A program made the position numbers and the translations under genes. DNA of 63,269 bases, the filler included, from Chiloscyllium plagiosum (lineage: Eukaryota), in NCBI RefSeq assembly GCF_004010195.1. It is 4 parts of one record of this genome, joined end to end, with 100 filler letters (N's around TTAATTAATTAA, not from the genome) between each part and the next. Parts side by side here need not be neighbours in the genome. Positions count along the whole stretch, not along the records: positions 60,655 to 63,269 come from NC_057714.1; 3 more parts are not named here. One strand, 5' to 3'. Position 1 is the stretch's first letter. Each line of letters starts with the position of its first letter. The notes under the pieces are model-generated. The model saw only the letters and a program-made list of their open reading frames with translations. It was not told where the DNA came from and did no database searches. Shown here in pieces: positions 63,016-63,269 of the stretch.

Positions 63016-63269
63016 CTGAAAATGTGTTGCTGGAAAAGCGCAGCAGGTCAGGCAGCATCCAAGGAGCAGGAGAATCGACGTTTCGGGCATGAGCCCTTCT
63101 TCAGGAATGAGAAAAGTGTGCCCAGCAGGCTAAGATAATAGGTAGGGAGGAGGGACTTAGGGGAGGGGCGTTGGAAATGCGATTGGTGGAAGGAGGTCAA
63201 AGTGAGGGTGATAGGCCGGAGTGGGGGTGGGGGCGGATAGGTCAGGAAGAAGATTGCAGGTTAGGAAGG
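63016..63269 (-). mobile_element. PLE family B inverted pseudo-LTR, running off the window
   Basis: ctgaaaatgtgttgctggaaaagcgc..; minus-strand hammerhead core intact at 63073-63108. Confidence 0.9.

Overview
Repeat-dense vertebrate genomic DNA, most likely from an elasmobranch (shark-type), inferred from HE1/V-SINEs plus abundant CR1 LINEs and Penelope-like elements (PLEs). No host protein-coding gene, rRNA or true tRNA is recognisable, so the window looks intergenic or intronic. Every ORF I can identify is a broken retroelement fragment (CR1 APE endonuclease/RT, PLE RT/GIY-YIG), and a Rex1/Babar RT fragment is readable directly from the DNA. Three 100-bp spacers (N44-TTAATTAATTAA-N44) are artificial and split the window into four contigs. 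About 20 PLE fragments from about four families are present (my labels A-D). Their pseudo-LTRs carry minimal hammerhead ribozyme motifs, and many are fold-back insertions with 8-16 bp target-site duplications (TSDs). The most notable structures are two independent TSD-bounded composite insertions, 35260-36678 (family A) and 45824-47571 (family B). In each, two same-orientation hammerhead-bearing pseudo-LTRs enclose about 0.76-1.14 kb of non-PLE, host-like DNA. This suggests PLE-mediated capture of host sequence in a retrozyme-like, ribozyme-delimited unit, a hypothesis that still needs testing.
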